Source of the DNA: Octopus vulgaris
Lineage: Eukaryota
Length of the DNA stretch: 64,000 nucleotides
Direction of reading: 5' to 3'
Assembly: GCA_951406725.2 (NCBI GenBank)
Contig: OX597822.1
Span: forward strand, 55,676,001 to 55,740,000
Part shown: in pieces, positions 38,245-48,185 of the stretch
Layout: each line of letters begins with the position of its first letter
Numbering within the stretch: the stretch's first letter is position 1
Notes under the pieces: generated by a model
What the model saw: only the letters and a program-made list of their open reading frames with translations
The model's database searches: none
What the model was told of the DNA's origin: nothing
Translations under genes and position numbers: made by a program

Positions 38245-39068
38245 AGTAGTGAAGGTTCCGATTTTTAGACGGGTGTGTATCGGTGTTTGGGTGTTGTTTT
38301 GGTTTTCTTATTTTCTGGAAAGGGTTGTTGGAGGCGTGCTCTGTTTGAAAGACGGCTTCATAGTCTGAGAACCAAGTGGCGCTTTTCTCCCAGCGTTGGA
38401 GAGATTTTAGTTCTTCTTTTTCACAGTCCTCTTTCCATAGTTTGGAGAACTTCTCTTGATCTGGGCCTTGGGTCATTTTGCGAATTTCTTCGTTGATATC
38501 TTCATCGGTGGATTTTATTTTATCCTCATTCGTTTGGGCCCTCAATTTCAGAAGTTCTATTTCCATTTTCATTTTTTCCAGTGCCATTCTCTCCCTGAGG
38601 TGTCTTTGTGTTTCAGGTTCTTCTGTAATAGCTTTGAACTGGAATTTACGTGGGAGGATTAACGGGGTCCGGTTGAGCCATTTTTCGTATATATCCGCTT
38701 TGTTGTTGTTTTGGATCATCTTCCAAAAGGCGAACTTTCTATCTCTGAGTGATTTGTTCCATTGTGGTATTATGTGGTGTTTCATTTGGTATGTTGTTAG
38801 AGTATTGATCCCATATATTGACGCGTTTGGAGGTCCTTGGTTAGCGTTGTTAGAGAAAAATGTTCTAATTGTTTCGCATAAGTTTCCAAGGTTTTCGACA
38901 ATTTCGGAGGTTGTATTTTTCGTATATGTTTCTTCATTGTTCTCTCGATTGGGTTGAAGTGTCGAGTCGAATTTGTTCAAAAAAAGTTGACAAATTTGTG
39001 TTGATTTTCTTGAGTTCTTTCAGTATTTCTTCGTTTATGGAGGTGATTGTGTCTGTTTTTGTCGGCAT
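38245..39068 (-). CDS. PLE ORF1, partial copy (extra A near 38980; truncated by the gap)
   Basis: Identical to the other ORF1 copies apart from a homopolymer indel. Confidence 0.8.
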
Positions 39069-39188
39069 TTTCTGTATCTCGTGTGGGTTAATGATATGTA
39101 TAAGAGTGAAAAGGAACACACGAGTTGATATATATGAAAAAACAAGTAAAAAATAGAAAATGCTAAAATAATTTTATAGTGAACATTT

Positions 39189-39226
39189 CAGTACCGGTTT
39201 CGGTCATTTTGAGACCTTTTCAACTG
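39189..39226 (-). ncRNA. Minimal hammerhead ribozyme (U3-A8) in PLE 3' repeat
   Basis: CAG-UUGAAAA-GGUC(UCAAAAU)GACC-GAAA-CCGGUA^CUG. Confidence 0.8.
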
Positions 39227-39924
39227 TAACGATTAAATAATTAAATTTAGAAAAATTAGAAGAAAAGTTTTTTTAAAACAATATTTCTATAGTAGTGTTC
39301 AGATTTAAGTGGCATTCTGCCTTTCTCTGACTCCCTTGTTTGCACTTGTGTGTTCGAGGTAGTTGTGAGTTCTTGGTAGGGTAGTAGAGGGAAGGCTGGT
39401 GAGGAAAGGGGGTGGGAGAATCTGGGAGTGCCCTGATGGTCGTATTTTGAATGGTCAGTGGCGGCTGGCAGTCTCAGTTCAATTCAGGATTGTTTATAGA
39501 ATTAGTGTAGGTGTTATACTAAAAAACATTAGTGACAAACTTAAGGGGTAGGGAGTGGAGAAGAAGAAGAAGAAGAAGAAGAAGAAGAAGAAGAAGAAGA
39601 AGAAGAAGAGAAGGAGAAGATGATGGTGATGGTGGTGATGATTATGACGACGATGATGATGATAACGATGATGATGAAGAAGAAGAAGAAGAAGAAGAAG
39701 AAGAAGGAGGAGAAGATGGTGGTGATGATGGTGGTGATGATGATGACGCCGATGATGATGATAACGATGATGATGAAGAAGAAGAAGAAGAAAAAAACAG
39801 AGAAGGGAGAATATGAATGGGTGTAAATATAGCTATGAAGGGGCTGATTAGTAATGGATTCTATGGAGTGTAGTATTTGTGTGTGTATATATATTTTTTT
39901 CTTTTATTCTAAAGTTGAGGTATA

Positions 39925-42255
39925 TTAATTGTTTGTCGTAGACCCATTAAGAAGTGGCTTGTATTTTGTAATAAAGAGATTTTCTTTACTTATTCTTTGT
40001 CTCGAGGTTGTATCGTCCCTAAATTGGTAGAGGGGGAAAATTCTGAAGTTTGGTGTTTTTTTGTTGGCGCAAGTATCTATGTGTTGGCTAAAAGCTATTT
40101 TTCTGTTTTGGGGAATTTTTATCTGGGATCTGTGCAGGGCCATTCGTTTACGCAAACCATTTTTTGTTTGGCCTATGTACTGCTCTTGACACCCGGAGCA
40201 GGTTAGTGAGTATATTAGGTTCTCCGAAGCACATGTGAAGTTGCTTTTCACTGTAAACCGTTGTCCCTGTTTGAAGGAGAACTCCGAACCCTCGATTAGA
40301 TAGTCGCATATCCCGCAATTGGGTCTTCCACATTTTTTTACTGTCGGCTTCTGTGTTGAAGAGTGAATTCGGGCTTGTGTAAGGAGACTTTTCATGGATC
40401 TAGGCTGTCTTTTGCTTTTTATGATCGTGTGTGTTTGGAGGATTGTGTTCATTCTGTGGTCTTTTTTTAGGAGGGGTATGTTGTGGAGGATGGTGTCGAA
40501 GGCTTCGTTATTGAGAGGGTTGTGTGTGGAGATGTATGGTAAGGCTTTTGGTTGTAAGTTTTTCTTTGATTTGGGATGTCTCAGTTCCTTGATGTTAAGT
40601 TGAAGGGCACGTTGAATGCACTTGTCAATAAGTGAAGGTGGATAGTTCCTGGTGATTAGGGTATCTTTTAGTTCTTGTAGTCGTGTGTCTCTGGTGTTTG
40701 CGTTAGAGACTATAGTGCATATCCTTTTTGCTAGATTGAAGGGGATATTCATCCTGGTGTGTCTGGGGTGGCATGAATTGAATGGAAGATATTGCTTAGA
40801 GTCTGTAGGCTTATAGTATATGTCTGTTTCTATTATATTATTAGCTTTCTTAATGAGGATATCGAGGAAGGGGAGTTGTTGTTGGCTATATTCCATCGTG
40901 AATTGGATGTTTACGTCCAGTCCGTTTAAAATTTTCTGGAATTCTATGAGTTTTTCTATATTTTTATGCCAAAGGATGAAACAGTCATCTAGATATCTCT
41001 TCCAGTTGTTTTCTATGTAGATGGAGAAAGGGCTGCCATATCTTTCTAGAACCTTACGATACAGACTGATCTCTAGGTATCCTATGACTAGGTTGGCAAA
41101 GGAGGGGGCCATTCGTGTACCCATCGCAGTCCCCGATTTTTGTCGGTAGAAGTTGTCATTGAAGGCGAAGAAGTTATTTTCCAGGATGAATTTAACCCCT
41201 TCTATCACAAATTCTTTTTTGATGCGGTGTGGTAGTTCGTTGGCGTGATTCTCTAGCCAGAATTGGATTGCCTCTAGTCCTAGGTTGTGGGGGATATTGG
41301 AGTAGAGGTTGACTACATCGAAGGATACCAGTATGGTGTTTTTGTTTATAGTATTCGGTAGGTGATTGAGCATATCTAAGTCGTCCCTTATATAGCTTTT
41401 GACATGTTTGAGGAGTGGTTTTAACAGGGTGTCTAAAAAGTTACTGAGGCGGTGGGTTTCGCATGCGGGACCTGCTATTATGGGTCTCAATTTGAGGTCA
41501 TTAGGATTAGGGACTTTAATTATTTTGTCTGTAGCTATCTTGCATGCGTTGCTTATTTTTTCACTTTTGTGGATCTTAGGTATACCGTAGAATTGGCTAG
41601 TTTTACTTGTGAAATTGGTCATATACTCATATTCTTTGTCGGTGAGCCCTGCTTTGTATGGGTTTAATATGGATTTTAGTTCCCTCATTATTTTTTGTTG
41701 ACTGTAGTTTTGTGCCTTTTCATAGTATGTTGTGTCTTCCAGCATAGAAAGTACCAAAGTTATGTAAAATGTCGTATCCATTAAGACAACAGCACTCCCT
41801 TTATCGGCCTCTTTGATTGTTATTGTTTTATCTAGTTTTAATTTGTTCAACTCAGCCCATTCTTTTTTGCTGAAGTTTGGTTTGTGTTTTTGTTTGTGCA
41901 TATGTTGATATGGGTAATTTGATATGTGGTCACAGAAATCATCAAGTGTTTTATTCTTACCTTTCGAGGGGGTGTAGTTACTCCTATTTCTGGCTAACGA
42001 TTCGTCCTCGTTGTATTTATCGTATAGCTCCTCAGTAAGTCTTAATTTTCTGCAGAATTCTGCGATGTCTTCTTTCATTTCATTGTAGTTGGGGTGTTGT
42101 GGGGTGGGTGTAAACTTGAGTCCTTTGGAAAGTATGTTTATTTGGTTTGCTGTTAGTTCCTTGTGAGTTAGATTAATAATTTTTATTACTTTTGGTTCCT
42201 CCTGCTTGTTTGGTGCTATCTTGTGTCTCTGTGTTTGCGTATTGGGTCTAAAAAA
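39925..42255 (-). CDS. PLE ORF2: RT + Cys linker + GIY-YIG endonuclease (frame open from the slippery site; first ATG at 42078)
   Basis: INLT..L....IL.KGLKFTPTP, ADKG, YGIPKIHK, RPII, SFDVVNLY, GTAMG, YLDD, LPFLD, CGRPNCGIC, LIY..YIGQT. Confidence 0.95.
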   Translation of the reverse strand, partial: FFRPNTQTQRHKIAPNKQEEPKVIKIINLTHKELTANQINILSKGLKFTPTPQHPNYNEMKEDIAEFCRKLRLTEELYDKYNEDESLARNRSNYTPSKGKNKTLDDFCDHISNYPYQHMHKQKHKPNFSKKEWAELNKLKLDKTITIKEADKGSAVVLMDTTFYITLVLSMLEDTTYYEKAQNYSQQKIMRELKSILNPYKAGLTDKEYEYMTNFTSKTSQFYGIPKIHKSEKISNACKIATDKIIKVPNPNDLKLRPIIAGPACETHRLSNFLDTLLKPLLKHVKSYIRDDLDMLNHLPNTINKNTILVSFDVVNLYSNIPHNLGLEAIQFWLENHANELPHRIKKEFVIEGVKFILENNFFAFNDNFYRQKSGTAMGTRMAPSFANLVIGYLEISLYRKVLERYGSPFSIYIENNWKRYLDDCFILWHKNIEKLIEFQKILNGLDVNIQFTMEYSQQQLPFLDILIKKANNIIETDIYYKPTDSKQYLPFNSCHPRHTRMNIPFNLAKRICTIVSNANTRDTRLQELKDTLITRNYPPSLIDKCIQRALQLNIKELRHPKSKKNLQPKALPYISTHNPLNNEAFDTILHNIPLLKKDHRMNTILQTHTIIKSKRQPRSMKSLLTQARIHSSTQKPTVKKCGRPNCGICDYLIEGSEFSFKQGQRFTVKSNFTCASENLIYSLTCSGCQEQYIGQTKNGLRKRMALHRSQIKIPQNRKIAFSQHIDTCANKKTPNFRIFPLYQFRDDTTSRQRISKENLFITKYKPLLNGSTTNN

Positions 42256-43451
42256 TGAATGCGGTGGTTGGGACGGTAGCTAGTATATAGTTGTTCTTTG
42301 TTGATTAGGGGTCTCCTGTTGTGATTTGTGGTGTGTGTTCTTGGAGCAGTATTGAGGAGAGCATCCCGATATCCCATATTCTGGTGTGGTGTTCTAGGAG
42401 GCCTTCGTTGGTAATCATTGCAAGTGGTGTGGGTTTGTTGTGCATGGTTGTTTAACCGGTTAATGGGACGAAGATTTCGTTGGTAACTCCTTTGGGTGGG
42501 GATGAGGTTGCAGTGTCTATGCTGTGGGTGTTGATTTATCCTTTCTCTGCTTGAAGTGGGGGTATTCCTGATATTGTATCGCTGGCTGCTTACAGAGTTG
42601 GGGTTAGGTCCTGTATTCTTTTTTTGATAGTAGTGAAGGTTCCGATTTTTAGACGGGTGTGTATCGGTGTTTGGGTGTTGTTTTGGTTTTCTTATTTTCT
42701 GGAAAGGGTTGTTGGAGGCGTGCTCTGTTTGAAAGACGGCTTCATAGTCTGAGAACCAAGTGGCGCTTTTCTCCCAGCGTTGGAGAGATTTTAGTTCTTC
42801 TTTTTCACAGTCCTCTTTCCATAGTTTGGAGAACTTCTCTTGATCTGGGCCTTGGGTCATTTTGCGAATTTCTTCGTTGATATCTTCATCGGTGGATTTT
42901 ATTTTATCCTCATTCGTTTGGGCCCTCAATTTCAGAAGTTCTATTTCCATTTTCATTTTTTCCAGTGCCATTCTCTCCCTGAGGTGTCTTTGTGTTTCAG
43001 GTTCTTCTGTAATAGCTTTGAACTGGAATTTACGTGGGAGGATTAACGGGGTCCGGTTGAGCCATTTTTCGTATATATCCGCTTTGTTGTTGTTTTGGAT
43101 CATCTTCCAAAAGGCGAACTTTCTATCTCTGAGTGATTTGTTCCATTGTGGTATTATGTGGTGTTTCATTTGGTATGTTGTTAGAGTATTGATCCCATAT
43201 ATTGACGCGTTTGGAGGTCCTTGGTTAGCGTTGTTAGAGAAAAATGTTCTAATTGTTTCGCATAAGTTTCCAAGGTTTTCGACAATTTCGGAGGTTGTAT
43301 TTTTCGTATATGTTTCTTCATTGTTCTCTCGATTGGGTTGAAGTGTCGAGTCGAATTTGTTCAAAAAAGTTGACAAATTTGTGTTGATTTTCTTGAGTTC
43401 TTTCAGTATTTCTTCGTTTATGGAGGTGATTGTGTCTGTTTTTGTCGGCAT
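42216..43451 (-). CDS. PLE ORF1, 411 aa (MPTKTD...), coiled-coil plus basic/N-rich tail
   Basis: Intact and identical in two units. Heptad-rich LRERMALEKMKMEIELLKLRAQ...INEEIRK; R/N/H-rich C-terminus. Confidence 0.85.
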   Translation of the reverse strand: MPTKTDTITSINEEILKELKKINTNLSTFLNKFDSTLQPNRENNEETYTKNTTSEIVENLGNLCETIRTFFSNNANQGPPNASIYGINTLTTYQMKHHIIPQWNKSLRDRKFAFWKMIQNNNKADIYEKWLNRTPLILPRKFQFKAITEEPETQRHLRERMALEKMKMEIELLKLRAQTNEDKIKSTDEDINEEIRKMTQGPDQEKFSKLWKEDCEKEELKSLQRWEKSATWFSDYEAVFQTEHASNNPFQKIRKPKQHPNTDTHPSKNRNLHYYQKKNTGPNPNSVSSQRYNIRNTPTSSRERINQHPQHRHCNLIPTQRSYQRNLRPINRLNNHAQQTHTTCNDYQRRPPRTPHQNMGYRDALLNTAPRTHTTNHNRRPLINKEQLYTSYRPNHRIHFLDPIRKHRDTR

Positions 43452-43571
43452 TTTCTGTATCTCGTGTGGGTTAATGATATGTATAAGAGTGAAAAGGAAC
43501 ACACGAGTTGATATATATGAAAAAACAAGTAAAAAATAGAAAATGCTAAAATAATTTTATAGTGAACATTT

Positions 43572-43609
43572 CAGTACCGGTTTCGGTCATTTTGAGACCT
43601 TTTCAACTG
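43572..43609 (-). ncRNA. Minimal hammerhead ribozyme (U3-A8)
   Basis: Identical to 39189-39226. Confidence 0.8.
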
Positions 43610-44350
43610 TAACGATTAAATAATTAAATTTAGAAAAATTAGAAGAAAAGTTTTTTTAAAACAATATTTCTATAGTAGTGTTCAGATTTAAGTGGCATTC
43701 TGCCTTTCTCTGACTCCCTTGTTTGCACTTGTGTGTTCGAGGTAGTTGTGAGTTCTTGGTAGGGTAGTAGAGGGAAGGCTGGTGAGGAAAGGGGGTGGGA
43801 GAATCTGGGAGTGCCCTGATGGTCGTATTTTGAATGGTCAGTGGCGGCTGGCAGTCTCAGTTCAATTCAGGATTGTTTATAGAATTAGTGTAGGTGTTAT
43901 ACTAAAAAACATTAGTGACAAACTTAAGGGGTAGGGAGTGGAGAAGAAGAAGAAGAAGAAGAAGAAGAAGAAGAAGAAGAAGAAGAAGAAGAAGGAGAAG
44001 GAGAAGATGATGGTGATGGTGGTGATGATTATGACGACGATGATGATGATAATGATGATGAAGAAGAAGAAGAAGAAGAAGAAGAAGAAGAAGAAGAAGA
44101 AGAAGAAGAAGAAGAAGAAGAAGAAGAAGAAGGAGGAGAAGATGGTGGTGATGATGGTGGTGATGATGATGACGCCGATGATGATGATAACGATGATGAT
44201 GAAGAAGAAGAAGAAGAAAAAAACAGAGAAGGGAGAATATGAATGGGTGTAAATATAGCTATGAAGGGGCTGATTAGTAATGGATTCTATGGAGTGTAGT
44301 ATTTGTGTGTGTATATATATTTTTTTCTTTTATTCTAAAGTTGAGGTATA

Positions 44351-46681
44351 TTAATTGTTTGTCGTAGACCCATTAAGAAGTGGCTTGTATTTTGTAATAA
44401 AGAGATTTTCTTTACTTATTCTTTGTCTCGAGGTTGTATCGTCCCTAAATTGGTAGAGGGGGAAAATTCTGAAGTTTGGTGTTTTTTTGTTGGCGCAAGT
44501 ATCTATGTGTTGGCTAAAAGCTATTTTTCTGTTTTGGGGAATTTTTATCTGGGATCTGTGCAGGGCCATTCGTTTACGCAAACCATTTTTTGTTTGGCCT
44601 ATGTACTGCTCTTGACACCCGGAGCAGGTTAGTGAGTATATTAGGTTCTCCGAAGCACATGTGAAGTTGCTTTTCACTGTAAACCGTTGTCCCTGTTTGA
44701 AGGAGAACTCCGAACCCTCGATTAGATAGTCGCATATCCCGCAATTGGGTCTTCCACATTTTTTTACTGTCGGCTTCTGTGTTGAAGAGTGAATTCGGGC
44801 TTGTGTAAGGAGACTTTTCATGGATCTAGGCTGTCTTTTGCTTTTTATGATCGTGTGTGTTTGGAGGATTGTGTTCATTCTGTGGTCTTTTTTTAGGAGG
44901 GGTATGTTGTGGAGGATGGTGTCGAAGGCTTCGTTATTGAGAGGGTTGTGTGTGGAGATGTATGGTAAGGCTTTTGGTTGTAAGTTTTTCTTTGATTTGG
45001 GATGTCTCAGTTCCTTGATGTTAAGTTGAAGGGCACGTTGAATGCACTTGTCAATAAGTGAAGGTGGATAGTTCCTGGTGATTAGGGTATCTTTTAGTTC
45101 TTGTAGTCGTGTGTCTCTGGTGTTTGCGTTAGAGACTATAGTGCATATCCTTTTTGCTAGATTGAAGGGGATATTCATCCTGGTGTGTCTGGGGTGGCAT
45201 GAATTGAATGGAAGATATTGCTTAGAGTCTGTAGGCTTATAGTATATGTCTGTTTCTATTATATTATTAGCTTTCTTAATGAGGATATCGAGGAAGGGGA
45301 GTTGTTGTTGGCTATATTCCATCGTGAATTGGATGTTTACGTCCAGTCCGTTTAAAATTTTCTGGAATTCTATGAGTTTTTCTATATTTTTATGCCAAAG
45401 GATGAAACAGTCATCTAGATATCTCTTCCAGTTGTTTTCTATGTAGATGGAGAAAGGGCTGCCATATCTTTCTAGAACCTTACGATACAGACTGATCTCT
45501 AGGTATCCTATGACTAGGTTGGCAAAGGAGGGGGCCATTCGTGTACCCATCGCAGTCCCCGATTTTTGTCGGTAGAAGTTGTCATTGAAGGCGAAGAAGT
45601 TATTTTCCAGGATGAATTTAACCCCTTCTATCACAAATTCTTTTTTGATGCGGTGTGGTAGTTCGTTGGCGTGATTCTCTAGCCAGAATTGGATTGCCTC
45701 TAGTCCTAGGTTGTGGGGGATATTGGAGTAGAGGTTGACTACATCGAAGGATACCAGTATGGTGTTTTTGTTTATAGTATTCGGTAGGTGATTGAGCATA
45801 TCTAAGTCGTCCCTTATATAGCTTTTGACATGTTTGAGGAGTGGTTTTAACAGGGTGTCTAAAAAGTTACTGAGGCGGTGGGTTTCGCATGCGGGACCTG
45901 CTATTATGGGTCTCAATTTGAGGTCATTAGGATTAGGGACTTTAATTATTTTGTCTGTAGCTATCTTGCATGCGTTGCTTATTTTTTCACTTTTGTGGAT
46001 CTTAGGTATACCGTAGAATTGGCTAGTTTTACTTGTGAAATTGGTCATATACTCATATTCTTTGTCGGTGAGCCCTGCTTTGTATGGGTTTAATATGGAT
46101 TTTAGTTCCCTCATTATTTTTTGTTGACTGTAGTTTTGTGCCTTTTCATAGTATGTTGTGTCTTCCAGCATAGAAAGTACCAAAGTTATGTAAAATGTCG
46201 TATCCATTAAGACAACAGCACTCCCTTTATCGGCCTCTTTGATTGTTATTGTTTTATCTAGTTTTAATTTGTTCAACTCAGCCCATTCTTTTTTGCTGAA
46301 GTTTGGTTTGTGTTTTTGTTTGTGCATATGTTGATATGGGTAATTTGATATGTGGTCACAGAAATCATCAAGTGTTTTATTCTTACCTTTCGAGGGGGTG
46401 TAGTTACTCCTATTTCTGGCTAACGATTCGTCCTCGTTGTATTTATCGTATAGCTCCTCAGTAAGTCTTAATTTTCTGCAGAATTCTGCGATGTCTTCTT
46501 TCATTTCATTGTAGTTGGGGTGTTGTGGGGTGGGTGTAAACTTGAGTCCTTTGGAAAGTATGTTTATTTGGTTTGCTGTTAGTTCCTTGTGAGTTAGATT
46601 AATAATTTTTATTACTTTTGGTTCCTCCTGCTTGTTTGGTGCTATCTTGTGTCTCTGTGTTTGCGTATTGGGTCTAAAAAA
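44351..46681 (-). CDS. PLE ORF2 RT + GIY-YIG, second intact copy (first ATG 46504)
   Basis: Protein identical to the 39925 copy. Confidence 0.95.
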   Translation of the reverse strand, partial: FFRPNTQTQRHKIAPNKQEEPKVIKIINLTHKELTANQINILSKGLKFTPTPQHPNYNEMKEDIAEFCRKLRLTEELYDKYNEDESLARNRSNYTPSKGKNKTLDDFCDHISNYPYQHMHKQKHKPNFSKKEWAELNKLKLDKTITIKEADKGSAVVLMDTTFYITLVLSMLEDTTYYEKAQNYSQQKIMRELKSILNPYKAGLTDKEYEYMTNFTSKTSQFYGIPKIHKSEKISNACKIATDKIIKVPNPNDLKLRPIIAGPACETHRLSNFLDTLLKPLLKHVKSYIRDDLDMLNHLPNTINKNTILVSFDVVNLYSNIPHNLGLEAIQFWLENHANELPHRIKKEFVIEGVKFILENNFFAFNDNFYRQKSGTAMGTRMAPSFANLVIGYLEISLYRKVLERYGSPFSIYIENNWKRYLDDCFILWHKNIEKLIEFQKILNGLDVNIQFTMEYSQQQLPFLDILIKKANNIIETDIYYKPTDSKQYLPFNSCHPRHTRMNIPFNLAKRICTIVSNANTRDTRLQELKDTLITRNYPPSLIDKCIQRALQLNIKELRHPKSKKNLQPKALPYISTHNPLNNEAFDTILHNIPLLKKDHRMNTILQTHTIIKSKRQPRSMKSLLTQARIHSSTQKPTVKKCGRPNCGICDYLIEGSEFSFKQGQRFTVKSNFTCASENLIYSLTCSGCQEQYIGQTKNGLRKRMALHRSQIKIPQNRKIAFSQHIDTCANKKTPNFRIFPLYQFRDDTTSRQRISKENLFITKYKPLLNGSTTNN

Positions 46682-47877
46682 TGAATGCGGTGGTTGGGAC
46701 GGTAGCTAGTATATAGTTGTTCTTTGTTGATTAGGGGTCTCCTGTTGTGATTTGTGGTGTGTGTTCTTGGAGCAGTATTGAGGAGAGCATCCCGATATCC
46801 CATATTCTGGTGTGGTGTTCTAGGAGGCCTTCGTTGGTAATCATTGCAAGTGGTGTGGGTTTGTTGTGCATGGTTGTTTAACCGGTTAATGGGACGAAGA
46901 TTTCGTTGGTAACTCCTTTGGGTGGGGATGAGGTTGCAGTGTCTATGCTGTGGGTGTTGATTTATCCTTTCTCTGCTTGAAGTGGGGGTATTCCTGATAT
47001 TGTATCGCTGGCTGCTTACAGAGTTGGGGTTAGGTCCTGTATTCTTTTTTTGATAGTAGTGAAGGTTCCGATTTTTAGACGGGTGTGTATCGGTGTTTGG
47101 GTGTTGTTTTGGTTTTCTTATTTTCTGGAAAGGGTTGTTGGAGGCGTGCTCTGTTTGAAAGACGGCTTCATAGTCTGAGAACCAAGTGGCGCTTTTCTCC
47201 CAGCGTTGGAGAGATTTTAGTTCTTCTTTTTCACAGTCCTCTTTCCATAGTTTGGAGAACTTCTCTTGATCTGGGCCTTGGGTCATTTTGCGAATTTCTT
47301 CGTTGATATCTTCATCGGTGGATTTTATTTTATCCTCATTCGTTTGGGCCCTCAATTTCAGAAGTTCTATTTCCATTTTCATTTTTTCCAGTGCCATTCT
47401 CTCCCTGAGGTGTCTTTGTGTTTCAGGTTCTTCTGTAATAGCTTTGAACTGGAATTTACGTGGGAGGATTAACGGGGTCCGGTTGAGCCATTTTTCGTAT
47501 ATATCCGCTTTGTTGTTGTTTTGGATCATCTTCCAAAAGGCGAACTTTCTATCTCTGAGTGATTTGTTCCATTGTGGTATTATGTGGTGTTTCATTTGGT
47601 ATGTTGTTAGAGTATTGATCCCATATATTGACGCGTTTGGAGGTCCTTGGTTAGCGTTGTTAGAGAAAAATGTTCTAATTGTTTCGCATAAGTTTCCAAG
47701 GTTTTCGACAATTTCGGAGGTTGTATTTTTCGTATATGTTTCTTCATTGTTCTCTCGATTGGGTTGAAGTGTCGAGTCGAATTTGTTCAAAAAAGTTGAC
47801 AAATTTGTGTTGATTTTCTTGAGTTCTTTCAGTATTTCTTCGTTTATGGAGGTGATTGTGTCTGTTTTTGTCGGCAT
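46642..47877 (-). CDS. PLE ORF1, second intact copy
   Basis: Protein identical to the 42216 copy. Confidence 0.85.
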   Translation of the reverse strand: MPTKTDTITSINEEILKELKKINTNLSTFLNKFDSTLQPNRENNEETYTKNTTSEIVENLGNLCETIRTFFSNNANQGPPNASIYGINTLTTYQMKHHIIPQWNKSLRDRKFAFWKMIQNNNKADIYEKWLNRTPLILPRKFQFKAITEEPETQRHLRERMALEKMKMEIELLKLRAQTNEDKIKSTDEDINEEIRKMTQGPDQEKFSKLWKEDCEKEELKSLQRWEKSATWFSDYEAVFQTEHASNNPFQKIRKPKQHPNTDTHPSKNRNLHYYQKKNTGPNPNSVSSQRYNIRNTPTSSRERINQHPQHRHCNLIPTQRSYQRNLRPINRLNNHAQQTHTTCNDYQRRPPRTPHQNMGYRDALLNTAPRTHTTNHNRRPLINKEQLYTSYRPNHRIHFLDPIRKHRDTR

Positions 47878-47997
47878 TTTCTGTATCTCGTGTGGGTTAA
47901 TGATATGTATAAGGGTGAAAAGGAACACACGAGTTGATATATATGAAAAAACAAGTAAAAAATAGAAAATGCTAAAATAATTTTATAGTGAACATTT

Positions 47998-48035
47998 CAG
48001 TACCGGTTTCGGTCATTTTGAGACCTTTTCAACTG
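47998..48035 (-). ncRNA. Minimal hammerhead ribozyme (U3-A8)
   Basis: Identical motif in the partial upstream repeat. Confidence 0.8.
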
Positions 48036-48185
48036 TAACGATTAAATAATTAAATTTAGAAAAATTAGAAGAAAAGTTTTTTTAAAACAATATTTCTATA
48101 GTAGTGTTCAGATTTAAGTGGCATTCTGCCTTTCTCTGACTCCCTTGTTTGCACTTGTGTGTTCGAGGTAGTTGTGAGTTCTTGG

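Noticed and set aside
38970-38990. Programmed frameshift in the first ORF1 copy
   Set aside because: Extra A in a homopolymer in only one of three copies, near a contig end; likely an error or private mutation.
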